Virus record (IMG/VR): IMGVR_UViG_3300020181_000009
Location: 1 to 35,307 of that record
Length of the DNA: 35,307 nucleotides
Direction: 5' to 3' (one strand)
Origin: a virus
The notes under the pieces are model-generated. The model saw only the letters and a list, made by a program, of their open reading frames with translations. It did not search any database and was not told where the DNA came from. How positions within the stretch are numbered: position 1 is the first letter of the stretch; each line of letters starts with the position of its first letter. Shown piece after piece: positions 6,769 through 15,305 of this stretch. Both the position numbers and the translations under genes were made by a program.

Positions 6769-8036
6769 GGCACGATCACAGTCTCGGGATCGGCCACGTA
6801 CTCGAGCAGGTCGGCCCACGTCGGGAAGGCGGCCAGCACGGCGGCCCACGATCCGAAGTCGGCGATCAGCCCGGCCCATGTCGCGGCGTAGCCGACCACG
6901 CTCTCGGCGGGCGGGGCGACCTCGGTCATCGGCAGCGAGAAGAGTCGGCGGTCGTCGGCGAGCGTCCGACTGACCCGGCCGAGATTCATGTCGCCGAGCC
7001 CGACGTACCCGCCCGGGATGTCGTACTCGGGCGGCACCTGCACGAGCACGACGTCGCCCGAGGCGATGAGGAACTCGAGCGCGCGTTTCTCGGCCAGCGT
7101 GCGCGTGAGCACCTGCAGCGTCCACCCGGCCGAGCTCGGCACGTCGCCGACGCGCACGGGGAACGACCGCCCGGGTATCTCGAACAGCCCGGCCCGGGAG
7201 CGGCGCGTGACCGCCGTGTAATCCTGCACTGTGACAGGCATGTTGAGGAACGGCCGGGCGATGCTCTTGAGCCACACGCGGTCGATCGTCGGCGTGACCG
7301 TGACCGTCTCGGTGCCGAGCGACACCCCGACGTCCGAGAGGTACGTGACGCGGTACGTGTTGAGCACGCCCGGGGCGAACTCGTAGTCGTCGAGCTGCGC
7401 GGTGCCCGAGGTCGCCGACCGCTCTCGGCCGCCGCGCACGACCGCGTACGGCCGCGCCTCGGCCGACCGCTCGATCGTGACCGAGGCGGTGCCCGCGATG
7501 CCACCGCCGGCCGAGTCGTCGAGCAGCAGCACGTCGTCGAAATAGACCACCGTGCCGCCGGCCGGACTGCCTGTCAGCGACGGGCCGTAGCCGACGAAAG
7601 CGGCGCCGACCGGGGCGACCGCGGCATACGTGCGGTGCGTCCACGCGCCGGCCGGGAGCACGACGGTCTCGGCCGCGGTCGAGAGGTAACCGAACCCGCT
7701 GTCATACCAGTCCATCGAGACTGCGGCGCCCGCGTACCCCGCGGCCGAATAGAGCCACATGTCGAGCGTGTATTCCTCGCCGGGCGTGACCGCGGTCGAC
7801 ACCGACGGCCGGGAGTACGCCTGCGTCGGCGAGCCCGTCACGGTCAGCTTGCCCGAGTAGCTGCCCGTGTGCGCCTGCTCGTTCGAGCGGACGACCGTGC
7901 AGTCGAACCCGGTCCAGTCGGCAGCGCTGATCTCGAACGTGCCGTCAGCGCCGCCGACCCCCGTGCCCGTGCCGCCGGCATCGACGGTCAGTCGTACCCG
8001 GGCGAGATCGCTGTCGTACGTCGCCTCGATGCTCAT
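6765..8036 (-). CDS. Distal tail protein (Dit) with N-terminal carbohydrate-binding-like module, 423 aa
   Basis: Immediately downstream of the tape measure gene. The N-terminal ~190 aa resemble a CBM-type jelly roll (FEISAADWTGF...AHTGSYSGKL). The C-terminal half is Dit-like. Confidence 0.6.
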   Translation of the reverse strand: MSIEATYDSDLARVRLTVDAGGTGTGVGGADGTFEISAADWTGFDCTVVRSNEQAHTGSYSGKLTVTGSPTQAYSRPSVSTAVTPGEEYTLDMWLYSAAGYAGAAVSMDWYDSGFGYLSTAAETVVLPAGAWTHRTYAAVAPVGAAFVGYGPSLTGSPAGGTVVYFDDVLLLDDSAGGGIAGTASVTIERSAEARPYAVVRGGRERSATSGTAQLDDYEFAPGVLNTYRVTYLSDVGVSLGTETVTVTPTIDRVWLKSIARPFLNMPVTVQDYTAVTRRSRAGLFEIPGRSFPVRVGDVPSSAGWTLQVLTRTLAEKRALEFLIASGDVVLVQVPPEYDIPGGYVGLGDMNLGRVSRTLADDRRLFSLPMTEVAPPAESVVGYAATWAGLIADFGSWAAVLAAFPTWADLLEYVADPETVIVP

Positions 8037-10030
8037 GCGTACGCCCCTACTACTCGAGCGCCGGCCCGCCTGCGCGTCTGCCGATCGCGGCTTTCGATCT
8101 GCACGTCGACAATATCGGTCAGCTCACGGTCGCCGATGTAGACGTGCACGACCGGTGACCCGCTCTCGCCGAGAATGGCGCTCGTGTCGTTCGCGTTGCT
8201 GACGTAGGCGCGCCGGCCGACGCTGAGCAGCTCGGGTCCGTTCTCGCCCGTGAGGTACGTGCGGCCGGGCTGCGCCCAACCGCCCGAGGCGAGACGCGGC
8301 AGGTTCGGTGTCGAGAGAGTCGTTCCGCCGATCTTGCCGAAAGGCGTATTGATCGAGGGCAGCGAGAATGACAGGCCGTTCCATCGGTCGATGATGTAAT
8401 TGATGGCGTTCCGAAAACTGTTCTTGATGCCGTCCCACAGCCCGCCCGCAGCCGAGCTGATCCGGCCCTTGAGTCCGGAGATGTAGCTGACAACCTTGTT
8501 GAACCGGTCGACGATCCCGTCACGCACGCGCTGCGCGGCGGCGACAATCGTCATGATCACGGCGACGATCAGCTTGATGTAATTGACGTACGACGTGTAG
8601 ACCCACTTGGCGGCGGCGACGATTTTGTCCCACGCGGCCTTGAAGAAGTCCTGCACTTTCTTGATGGCGACCTGCATCGACAGGAATGCGACGAGGAAGA
8701 TCGGCACGAGGGTCGTGCGCCACCAATCCGCGACCGCGCCGGCCGCTGCCTTGATCGCACCCCAGATCACGGCCCACAGTTTCTGAAAGAATTCCGTCTT
8801 AGTGGCGAGCAGCACGATTCCTGCGACGATCAGCGTGATTCCGGTGATGAGCAGCCCGACCGGAGTGAGCCGCATCGCCAGACCGAACGCCTTGGTCGCG
8901 ACCGTGGCCACGTTGGTCGCGATCGCGGTGGCGGCCATGACCGCGTTGTATCCGGCCATGGCCACGGTGTACGCGAGCCACGCGCCGACCAACGCGGTGA
9001 TGAGCTCGGGCGGCAGGGCGGCGATGATGCCCGCCAACGCGGTCGCGATCGCGATCGAAATCGGGGCGATCGGCCCGAGCGCCTGCGCGATGACCACCGC
9101 GGCGGCACCGAGCTGCGAGAGCGCCTCGCCCGCCCCCGGGCCGTTCGAGCTGATCGAGTCGAGCAGCCGCTGCAGCCCGCCGTTGTCGCCGAACGCGGCG
9201 AGCCGCTCGGTCGCGTCCGCCAGGAACTCGAGAAAGCCCTGACCGTCCTCGACGGTCCCGGCGAACAGATCGCCGAGGAACGAACCGACGTTGCTGCCGA
9301 TCCGGCCGAGGCTGTCGAGCGCCGGCCCCGCGTTGGTCTTGACGAACGCGACGAACCGGTCGAGCCCGCCCCCGGTCGCGAACCGCTCGAGCGCGCCAAG
9401 TGCTCTGCTGGCCGCCGCCGCACCGATGTCATAGAGCGGCTGCAGCTTACTCAGGTTGTTGCCGATCAGCGCGTACCCGCGCTCGAGGATCCCGAACGTC
9501 GCGGGCTGATTGTCCTCGACGAAATCGTCCCACGCGCTCTTCATGCCGATGTACTGACGCGTCGCCTCGCGCACGGGCGCCGGCAGCAGCGACAGCCGCG
9601 CCTCGAGCTCGAGCGCCGCCTTACTCTGCGCCTTGAGATACTTGCCCGCCTCGAGTCCGTGCTTCTCGGCGAGCTCGGCCTGCCGCCCGTTGAGCCTGAT
9701 CTTCTCGGTCAGATCCTCGACCTTGGTCGCCGCCTCGCTGACCTCTTTCTGCGAGCTGGCCGCCACCGCGCCGAACACGCCAAGTGCCGCACCGCCCGCG
9801 CCGGCCGCCGCCACGACACCGACCAGCGCGGTGCCGAGAGCGGCCACGGCCGGGAGCGCACCGGGGGCGATCAGCGCCTTGGTCACCCGAGAGAACTTGC
9901 CCGCCGCCGCGCCGGCCCGGTCGGCTTGCTTCTCCCACCGCGCGAGCGCACCGCCCGCGGTCGCGGTGTCGGCGACGAACTTACGTACCTCGGACGTGAA
10001 CTTGATCTTGACTGTGCGTTCGCCGGCCAC
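8033..10030 (-). CDS. Tape measure protein, 665 aa
   Basis: Largest gene in the tail module. A/G-rich helical sequence with several hydrophobic segments. GTG 10030 overlaps the upstream TAG. Confidence 0.85.
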   Translation of the reverse strand: MAGERTVKIKFTSEVRKFVADTATAGGALARWEKQADRAGAAAGKFSRVTKALIAPGALPAVAALGTALVGVVAAAGAGGAALGVFGAVAASSQKEVSEAATKVEDLTEKIRLNGRQAELAEKHGLEAGKYLKAQSKAALELEARLSLLPAPVREATRQYIGMKSAWDDFVEDNQPATFGILERGYALIGNNLSKLQPLYDIGAAAASRALGALERFATGGGLDRFVAFVKTNAGPALDSLGRIGSNVGSFLGDLFAGTVEDGQGFLEFLADATERLAAFGDNGGLQRLLDSISSNGPGAGEALSQLGAAAVVIAQALGPIAPISIAIATALAGIIAALPPELITALVGAWLAYTVAMAGYNAVMAATAIATNVATVATKAFGLAMRLTPVGLLITGITLIVAGIVLLATKTEFFQKLWAVIWGAIKAAAGAVADWWRTTLVPIFLVAFLSMQVAIKKVQDFFKAAWDKIVAAAKWVYTSYVNYIKLIVAVIMTIVAAAQRVRDGIVDRFNKVVSYISGLKGRISSAAGGLWDGIKNSFRNAINYIIDRWNGLSFSLPSINTPFGKIGGTTLSTPNLPRLASGGWAQPGRTYLTGENGPELLSVGRRAYVSNANDTSAILGESGSPVVHVYIGDRELTDIVDVQIESRDRQTRRRAGARVVGAYA

Positions 10031-10482
10031 TAGTCCGCACCTTTCGAGAACGCAGCGATCGTGCGGTCAGCAGCCTCGCGCCACCGTGCAGCGATCTCGG
10101 CTGCATTCTCCTCGATCGTCGGGAAGAACCATATGCCCTCGCGTCCCTGATGCAGCCTCGGGAACTGCGTGTACTGATTCGAGCCGAACTCGGATCCGAA
10201 CAGCAGCTTCCACGCGGGTTTGCGGCGCGAACCGAGCCGTTTGGTGCCGCCGGCCTGCACGACCGGTACGCGGTCGCGAGCGGCCTTCACGGTGCCCGCA
10301 ACGAGCGCGGCCTGAGAGCCCTCGGCCTCGCCCGCTGCAGCCGCCTTGAGCGCGAGCAGGCGCGACAGATCGAGGGACGCGGCACGCAACTCGTTGTTCG
10401 CGTCCTTGGGCAGCGAGCGGAAAGCGGCGAGCGTCTCTCGCACGCCTTCCGCCCGCACGTTGATCGTGAGCTGCCTAGCCAC
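10030..10482 (-). CDS. HK97 gp10-like tail or neck component, 150 aa
   Basis: Sequence pattern INVRAEGVRETLAAFRSLPKDANNELRAASLDL...FGSEFGSNQYTQFP resembles the HK97 gp10 family. Confidence 0.5.
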   Translation of the reverse strand: MARQLTINVRAEGVRETLAAFRSLPKDANNELRAASLDLSRLLALKAAAAGEAEGSQAALVAGTVKAARDRVPVVQAGGTKRLGSRRKPAWKLLFGSEFGSNQYTQFPRLHQGREGIWFFPTIEENAAEIAARWREAADRTIAAFSKGAD

Positions 10483-10947
10483 TCATCTGCCTTCCGTCGT
10501 CGCGCCGGCCGGACTCGCGCTGCTGCTTGCCGCGCTCCTCGCCGAGCAGGTCGAGCGCGGTGGCGAGGTCGCGTTCATCCTCGGCCCACCATGCCGACGG
10601 GGCGATGCCGGACTCGATGGCTAGGGCGACAACGGCGCGGCTGAGAGAGCCGCGGGCGTAGGGTTTCCCAACTTCTCGGCGGGCTCCTCCTCCTCGACCT
10701 CCTCGCCGAGCTCGAAGTCGTGCGTCTCGGCGAACACGTCACCCGTCATGTCGTTGTGAATCTTGCCCTGCCGCCGGCACGCGGCGTACGCGATCTCGAA
10801 CAGGATCGTCGCGCTCAACGATGAGCGGTCGCTGAGCACGCCCATGCTGCGGCCGCGGTGCGTCTTCTCCCACATGCGCAGGTCGCGCATACTGGCTGTG
10901 ATCTCGAACGGCTCGCCGCCGTCCGGAAGGATCCGGAACTCGAACAC
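10475..10947 (-). CDS. Tail assembly chaperone GT-like fusion made by -1 frameshift
   Basis: The -1 frame is open from the slip site to TAG (10475..10477). It encodes ...AIESGIAPSAWWAEDERDLATALDLLGEERGKQQRESGRRDDGRQMSG. Confidence 0.65.
10621..10947 (-). CDS. Tail assembly chaperone (G-like), 108 aa
   Basis: Located between the tail tube and tape measure genes. Acidic C-terminus. Contains the slippery heptamer GGGAAAC. Confidence 0.75.
   Translation of the reverse strand: MFEFRILPDGGEPFEITASMRDLRMWEKTHRGRSMGVLSDRSSLSATILFEIAYAACRRQGKIHNDMTGDVFAETHDFELGEEVEEEEPAEKLGNPTPAALSAAPLSP
10663..10669 (-). promoter_or_regulatory. -1 slippery heptamer G_GGA_AAC
   Basis: Minus-strand zero-frame codons read ttG GGA AAC, the canonical X_XXY_YYZ pattern. 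Confidence 0.7.
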
Positions 10948-11002
10948 TGCTCTCCCCTACCTCTTGTTGATCACTGTCACGCGAACTTACGCCGCGGTGG
11001 CG

Positions 11003-11437
11003 TTAGCTCGACTCGTCAGCCCGGACGTACTCCGGCTTGCCGATGCACACGAGCGTTACCTCGGTGACCTCGTTCTCGCGCGCCTCGCCCCCGACACTCG
11101 GCGCCTTGATCTTGACCTGACCCGTCCACGTCACGTGCTCGGCCGGGATGTCCGGGTGGTGGTCGAGACGGAAGTCGACCGTCTCGCCGTCGTGCTTCCA
11201 CAGGTAATCCGAGAAGCCGTCGGACCGCCAGTCCGAGAAAGCCGTGATGTCGAGCGTGTAGTCGGGATCGGTCTCTTCCGTGTCCTCGCCCGCGGGGCAC
11301 AGCGTGTAAAGCTTGTCGCCGTCCTCGGTGTTGTTGTTGAGCGTCCACGCGCTGATCTGGCACTCGAACGCGATGTCGCTCGGGGCCGTGCCGAGCCCGA
11401 ACTCGATAAGTTTGATCTTGCGCTTGTGAATAGACAT
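11003..11437 (-). CDS. Major tail (tube) protein candidate, 144 aa
   Basis: Position immediately upstream of the chaperones. Beta-rich, acidic composition. Confidence 0.55.
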   Translation of the reverse strand: MSIHKRKIKLIEFGLGTAPSDIAFECQISAWTLNNNTEDGDKLYTLCPAGEDTEETDPDYTLDITAFSDWRSDGFSDYLWKHDGETVDFRLDHHPDIPAEHVTWTGQVKIKAPSVGGEARENEVTEVTLVCIGKPEYVRADESS

Positions 11438-11446
11438 CCTGCGCCC

Positions 11447-11821
11447 CTAGAGCGTCGTTTCTGCGGTGATTTGGTAGCACGGTAGGTCGGTCGTACCCGA
11501 CGGGTAGACGCCCGGGGCGCACGCTGTCACGGTCGTTTCACCGTGCAGCTTGCCGACCGCCTCGAGCAGCGCCGGCAGCAGCTCGAGCAGCCGCTCGACC
11601 GCCCGCTCGCCGAGATCCTCGATCACGTACACCGTGTACGTCATCGAGGTCGGCTGCTCGGGAAAGCACATGCCCTCCCACGTGAACGCGGGCGGCCCGA
11701 TCACGACGTCGCGCCGGCCGAGCGTCTTCGCGAGGTCGCTCTCGACCCGCATCGGTGTGTCGTCGAGCAGCTCGGCGAGCTCGGTCTGCAGCGCGAGGTA
11801 GGCCTCGCTCAGCACGCTCAC
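11447..11821 (-). CDS. Head-tail joining or tail completion protein, 124 aa
   Basis: GTG 11821 overlaps the connector stop (GTGA). Lies between the connector and tube genes. Confidence 0.5.
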   Translation of the reverse strand: MSVLSEAYLALQTELAELLDDTPMRVESDLAKTLGRRDVVIGPPAFTWEGMCFPEQPTSMTYTVYVIEDLGERAVERLLELLPALLEAVGKLHGETTVTACAPGVYPSGTTDLPCYQITAETTL

Positions 11822-12177
11822 GCGAACACGCTCGGGGCGAATCGGCCGATCCTGAGCATCCGGTCGATATCGGTGTCGAACGAGGGAACCCGGCCCGCAC
11901 CGAGCTCGCCCATCGCGACGAGCGCGTCGGGCGACCGCTTGCGCGTGTGCCAGCGCAGCGCGAGCCGAATCGTTCCGAGAACCATGGCCGCATCGGGCAG
12001 CGGCAGCTCGCTGTCGCTCTCGTCGGTCAGGTTGTACCGGTCGACGTGCACGCGCTGCACGAACCCGATCGCCGCGGTCAGCTGCCGCTCGAGCTCGGTG
12101 TCGTCGCGCGTGTCGTCGGCCGGAATGCCCTTGTCGATCTTGAGCTCGGCCAGCGTCGGCGGCCACGTCAGCGCCAT
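11818..12177 (-). CDS. Head-tail connector (gp6-like), 119 aa
   Basis: First gene after the capsid gene. Pattern LAELKIDKGIPADDTRDDTELERQLTAAIGFVQR is typical of gp6-like adaptors. Confidence 0.65.
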   Translation of the reverse strand: MALTWPPTLAELKIDKGIPADDTRDDTELERQLTAAIGFVQRVHVDRYNLTDESDSELPLPDAAMVLGTIRLALRWHTRKRSPDALVAMGELGAGRVPSFDTDIDRMLRIGRFAPSVFA

Positions 12178-12198
12178 GATCTCTCCCTCGGTCGAGTG

Positions 12199-12227
12199 CG
12201 GCGGGACGCCGTGGGGACGCCCCGCCG
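12199..12227 (-). terminator. Hairpin just after the capsid gene stop
   Basis: On the minus-strand RNA, an ~11-bp GC stem (including G-U pairs) starts 5 nt after the stop at 12233. Confidence 0.4.
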
Positions 12228-12232
12228 GCCGG

Positions 12233-13600
12233 TCAGCTGTCCTCTGCCGTGATCTCGACGCGCTTAACGCTCGCGGTGCCGTAGCGGATCAGCACGGCCG
12301 TGTAACCCCACACGCCCATCTTGATCGACTCGGGGCCGAGCGGCTGCTCGTACCGGAACCGCATGACGTTGCTCTCAAACAGGATGATGTCGTTCGCCCG
12401 CGCGACCGCGAACCGGTCGTCGAGCGCGATGCCGTCCGTCGGGGCGAGGATGATGCCCCGGTAACGGCCGCCCTCGAGCGCGGACACGTCGGCGGCACCG
12501 ACGATGTTCTGCCCCGCCTCGCCCTGACCGGTGACCAGCGGCCGACCGGTCGTGTCGCGCAGGTCGATGAACTCGCCCCACCGGTTGACGCTCATGGCCG
12601 CGATCGTCGCCGGCAGCTTGCGCGAGTTGCGCACCGCGACGGCCGCCTTGACGAACACGCGCGAGTAGTGCGAGACGTCGGTCACCGGGACGCTGACGTC
12701 ACCCGACTCGCTCGCCGGCAGCGCGGTACCGACCGCGATGAGCGCCGTGCCGATCTTCTTTTCGACCTTGAGCGCGAACGCGCCCATGAGGTCGCCGTAG
12801 ATCAGCAGGTCGATCGCCGGGCTCGCCATGTCGACCATCTGCCGGGAGACGATCTGCACGCCGGCCGTCGGCTTGGGGGTCACGGTGTCGACGTCGGTGT
12901 CGAACGCGTCATCGTCCTCGATCGGGTCGTTCTCGGCCGCCTGCTCGGTGACCTCGGCGTCGGTGCCCGCGGTCTGCTTGGGCAGGGTGATCGGCCGCGG
13001 GTCGTCGCCGAGCGGGATGTTGCGCACGAGGTTGGCCAGCACCCGGCCCTGACGGGCGAGCGAGGCGTACTCGTCGGTCAGCCACTTGGGCGCCACGATG
13101 CCGGACCCGGCACCGCCCGTGGCCAGCGCGCGGGAGTGCTCCTGCAGACGCGTGGCCGCGCCCTCGTCCTGCCGTTCGCGGGCCGAGTAGAGGTCACCGA
13201 AGAACGAGTGACGGCCGCCGGCCTGCAGCGACCGGTAATGACCCGGGTCGCGATCCTGCGTAGTGCCGCCACCGACCGGGCGCACGTTGCCCGAGCGCAG
13301 CTCGGTGTCGTTGCCACCAGCGTTACCGCCCTGGTTGCCCGAGCCGTCGCTGCCCCGCATCGCCGCCTGCACCTTGGCGGACATGTCCCGCACGCTGGCC
13401 GAGCGCAGCTCGACGTCGGTCAGGGTCTCGATCTCGGTGTACAGCTTCTTACCCGCCTCGGTCATCTCGCCGATCGAGCGCAGTTCGTCCTCGGTCAGCG
13501 AGCGGTTCGCCTCGGCGGCACGGGTCTGCAGTCCTTCGATGGAACTGCGCAGACCCTCGTACTCCTCGCGCTTGCGGGCGAGGTAGACGTTCTCGGCCAT
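12233..13600 (-). CDS. Major capsid protein, HK97 family, with N-terminal coiled-coil delta-like domain, 455 aa
   Basis: Size, position after the prohead protease, and a coiled-coil N-terminus followed by an HK97-like body. GGGAGG Shine-Dalgarno sequence upstream. Confidence 0.9.
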   Translation of the reverse strand: MAENVYLARKREEYEGLRSSIEGLQTRAAEANRSLTEDELRSIGEMTEAGKKLYTEIETLTDVELRSASVRDMSAKVQAAMRGSDGSGNQGGNAGGNDTELRSGNVRPVGGGTTQDRDPGHYRSLQAGGRHSFFGDLYSARERQDEGAATRLQEHSRALATGGAGSGIVAPKWLTDEYASLARQGRVLANLVRNIPLGDDPRPITLPKQTAGTDAEVTEQAAENDPIEDDDAFDTDVDTVTPKPTAGVQIVSRQMVDMASPAIDLLIYGDLMGAFALKVEKKIGTALIAVGTALPASESGDVSVPVTDVSHYSRVFVKAAVAVRNSRKLPATIAAMSVNRWGEFIDLRDTTGRPLVTGQGEAGQNIVGAADVSALEGGRYRGIILAPTDGIALDDRFAVARANDIILFESNVMRFRYEQPLGPESIKMGVWGYTAVLIRYGTASVKRVEITAEDS

Positions 13601-13729
13601 TTGGAATCCTCCCGGAATCGGCCCATTGACTGTCAGGTCGCATCCGGGGGTGTCGTCACCGTGACTCGGGGGTGCCGCTCCCGCGGGGTGCCCGGCCGCG
13701 GGCGGGGTGCCCGAGCGTGCTGCTCGCGA

Positions 13730-14431
13730 TCATAACTGCTCGTAGGGCGACGGTCGCGACAGTGCGCGCCGGATTACCTGACCGATTTCGTGATAGCGGA
13801 ACGACGTGTCGGCCGTCGACACCCATGCGCCGGCCGGGGCGCCGCCCTCGCCGTGCACCTTGACGTCGGGCACGCGGTCGCCACCGAGGCGCATCAGGTT
13901 GCCGTAGAGCGACCGCCACGACAGCCGCTCGAGCTCGCTCGTGCGGTGGCGCAGACCGTGATCGAGGGTCAGCTGCAGCCCGGCGCGGCTCATGACGAGC
14001 GGCGCGTGCAGGGTGTACGCGAGCGGGTCGGCGTGTCCGGCCTCGATCAGCAGCTGCGCGGTCGCGCGGAGCATCTCACCGTACCGCCCGGACCGCTCGG
14101 CCGCCTGCTCGAGCAGCGGCCCGCGGTGCGCCGGCAGCGGCATGCCGCGGACGGGGGCGAGACAGTAGAAATCATCGTTGAACAGGGCGAACCGATCCGG
14201 GCCGAGCTCGGCGATCTCCTGCAGCAGCCGCAGCGCGTTCTCGTACTTGAACCGGTTGGGGTCGCGCTGCGGCACGAACAGGTGCCGCACGTTGGTCACG
14301 TGCGGCGGCCGATGCCCGACGACCCACACCTCGCCGTGCGGCACGTTCTGCAGCGAGCGGAGCGAGTAGCGCAGCTCGGCGTTCTCGTTGCCCGGCCGCA
14401 CGACATAGACAACCGGGAGCGGCTCGGTCAC
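13730..14431 (-). CDS. Stealth-like (CR1-CR3) sugar-1-phosphotransferase or glycosyltransferase, 233 aa
   Basis: Motifs VVYVV, ENAELRYSLRSL, VWVVGHRPPHV and FKYENALRLLQEIAELGPDRFALFNDDFY resemble Stealth conserved regions. GTG 14431 overlaps the upstream stop (GTGA). Confidence 0.65.
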   Translation of the reverse strand: MTEPLPVVYVVRPGNENAELRYSLRSLQNVPHGEVWVVGHRPPHVTNVRHLFVPQRDPNRFKYENALRLLQEIAELGPDRFALFNDDFYCLAPVRGMPLPAHRGPLLEQAAERSGRYGEMLRATAQLLIEAGHADPLAYTLHAPLVMSRAGLQLTLDHGLRHRTSELERLSWRSLYGNLMRLGGDRVPDVKVHGEGGAPAGAWVSTADTSFRYHEIGQVIRRALSRPSPYEQL

Positions 14432-14658
14432 GACTTCTCGAGCGCCGCGATCAGCGCCTCGACCGGAACGCCGGCCATCGTGGCGAGCGCGGTGGCGATG
14501 ACGTACTCGACGTCATCGTCGTCGATCTGATCGCCCCACGAAACCGCGACGCCCGGCGCACCCCCCTCGGTGGCCGGACGCTCGAACTCGATCAGGACGA
14601 ACGGCCGCGGGTCGCCGTCGCGCAGCAGCAGGTCGCCCCGCGCAGTGCTGGCGCTCAT
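14428..14658 (-). CDS. Hypothetical acidic protein, 76 aa
   Basis: ATG 14658 forms an ATGA overlap with the protease stop. Confidence 0.55.
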   Translation of the reverse strand: MSASTARGDLLLRDGDPRPFVLIEFERPATEGGAPGVAVSWGDQIDDDDVEYVIATALATMAGVPVEALIAALEKS

Positions 14659-15305
14659 GACAGCTTGCGCAGCGTCGGCAGGGCGGGCAGCGCCGGCAGG
14701 GTGAGGCGCTGCGCCGTGACGTCGCGCTGCGCGCCCCGCAGCTCGGCTAGCTCGTTGCAGCACGTGCAGCCGTGAGCGGCCGCGACCCGCGGGTCGATGG
14801 CGCGGGCCGAGCGCACCCCCGCGATCTCGGCCTGCTCGCCGTAGGCGCCCTCCATCACGAATGCGATCTCGAACAGGTCGGCCGCGGTGCGCTGGATGAC
14901 GTTGTTCGACGTCCGCTTGTTGCCGTGCGGCCGCTCGCGGAACCCGATCGAGGTCTGCCGCAGAGCGCCGTCGTTGATCAGCTCGAGCGTCTCGTCACCG
15001 GTCGGGGTGCGGCTCACCCGGGCCTCGAACCACAGCCCGTCGTTGCGGTCGTCGAGCGAGCGCACCGCGCCGATCAAGGTGCCGCCGAGCTGCACGTGCT
15101 CCCGGGCGGTCCGGATCCGGTTGGCTGCCCGCAATTGGTGGTCGAAGCAGCCGCGCACGAACTCCTCGGTCAGTCCGTCGTAGATGTACTGCGGCACGCC
15201 GTACGGCACCGCCCGGCCGAACACGGTGCGGCCGTCGCCGCCGTTGTTCGACGAGCGCAGCTCGAGCTCTCCGTCGAACGTGCGGGTCAGCAGCTCGGTG
15301 GTCAT
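14655..15305 (-). CDS. Prohead protease, HK97 (S78) family, 216 aa
   Basis: ATG 15305 forms an ATGA overlap with the portal stop. Pattern FGRAVPYG...REHVQLGGTLIG...GLWFEARV...TSIGF...EIAFV. Confidence 0.85.
   Translation of the reverse strand: MTTELLTRTFDGELELRSSNNGGDGRTVFGRAVPYGVPQYIYDGLTEEFVRGCFDHQLRAANRIRTAREHVQLGGTLIGAVRSLDDRNDGLWFEARVSRTPTGDETLELINDGALRQTSIGFRERPHGNKRTSNNVIQRTAADLFEIAFVMEGAYGEQAEIAGVRSARAIDPRVAAAHGCTCCNELAELRGAQRDVTAQRLTLPALPALPTLRKLS

Noticed and set aside
6769-7644. N-terminal extensions of track ORFs upstream of the chosen starts. Examples: 4951..7644, 14655..15680, 18725..19396, 21586..22689, 21191..21928 and 3414..4406.
   Set aside because: The extensions overlap the preceding well-supported gene in another frame and are Arg-rich. 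In each case an internal ATG or GTG forms a 1-4 nt overlap with the upstream stop.
13601-13729. The GC-rich 129-nt gap upstream of the capsid gene, with duplicated GCGGGGTGCCC, as a late promoter.
   Set aside because: I found no TANNNT/TTG pair or 18-nt box there. It is noted only as context in the Stealth finding.
11543-13735. Very long plus-strand ORFs opposite the structural genes. Examples: 11543..13735 (730 aa), 16820..18769 (649 aa), 27218..29563 (781 aa), 6549..8141, 24411..25976 and 5044..6033.
   Set aside because: Their products are Arg/Gly/Ala/Pro-rich with no motifs. They lie antisense to genes with clear family signatures. Stop-poor shadow frames are expected in GC-rich DNA.
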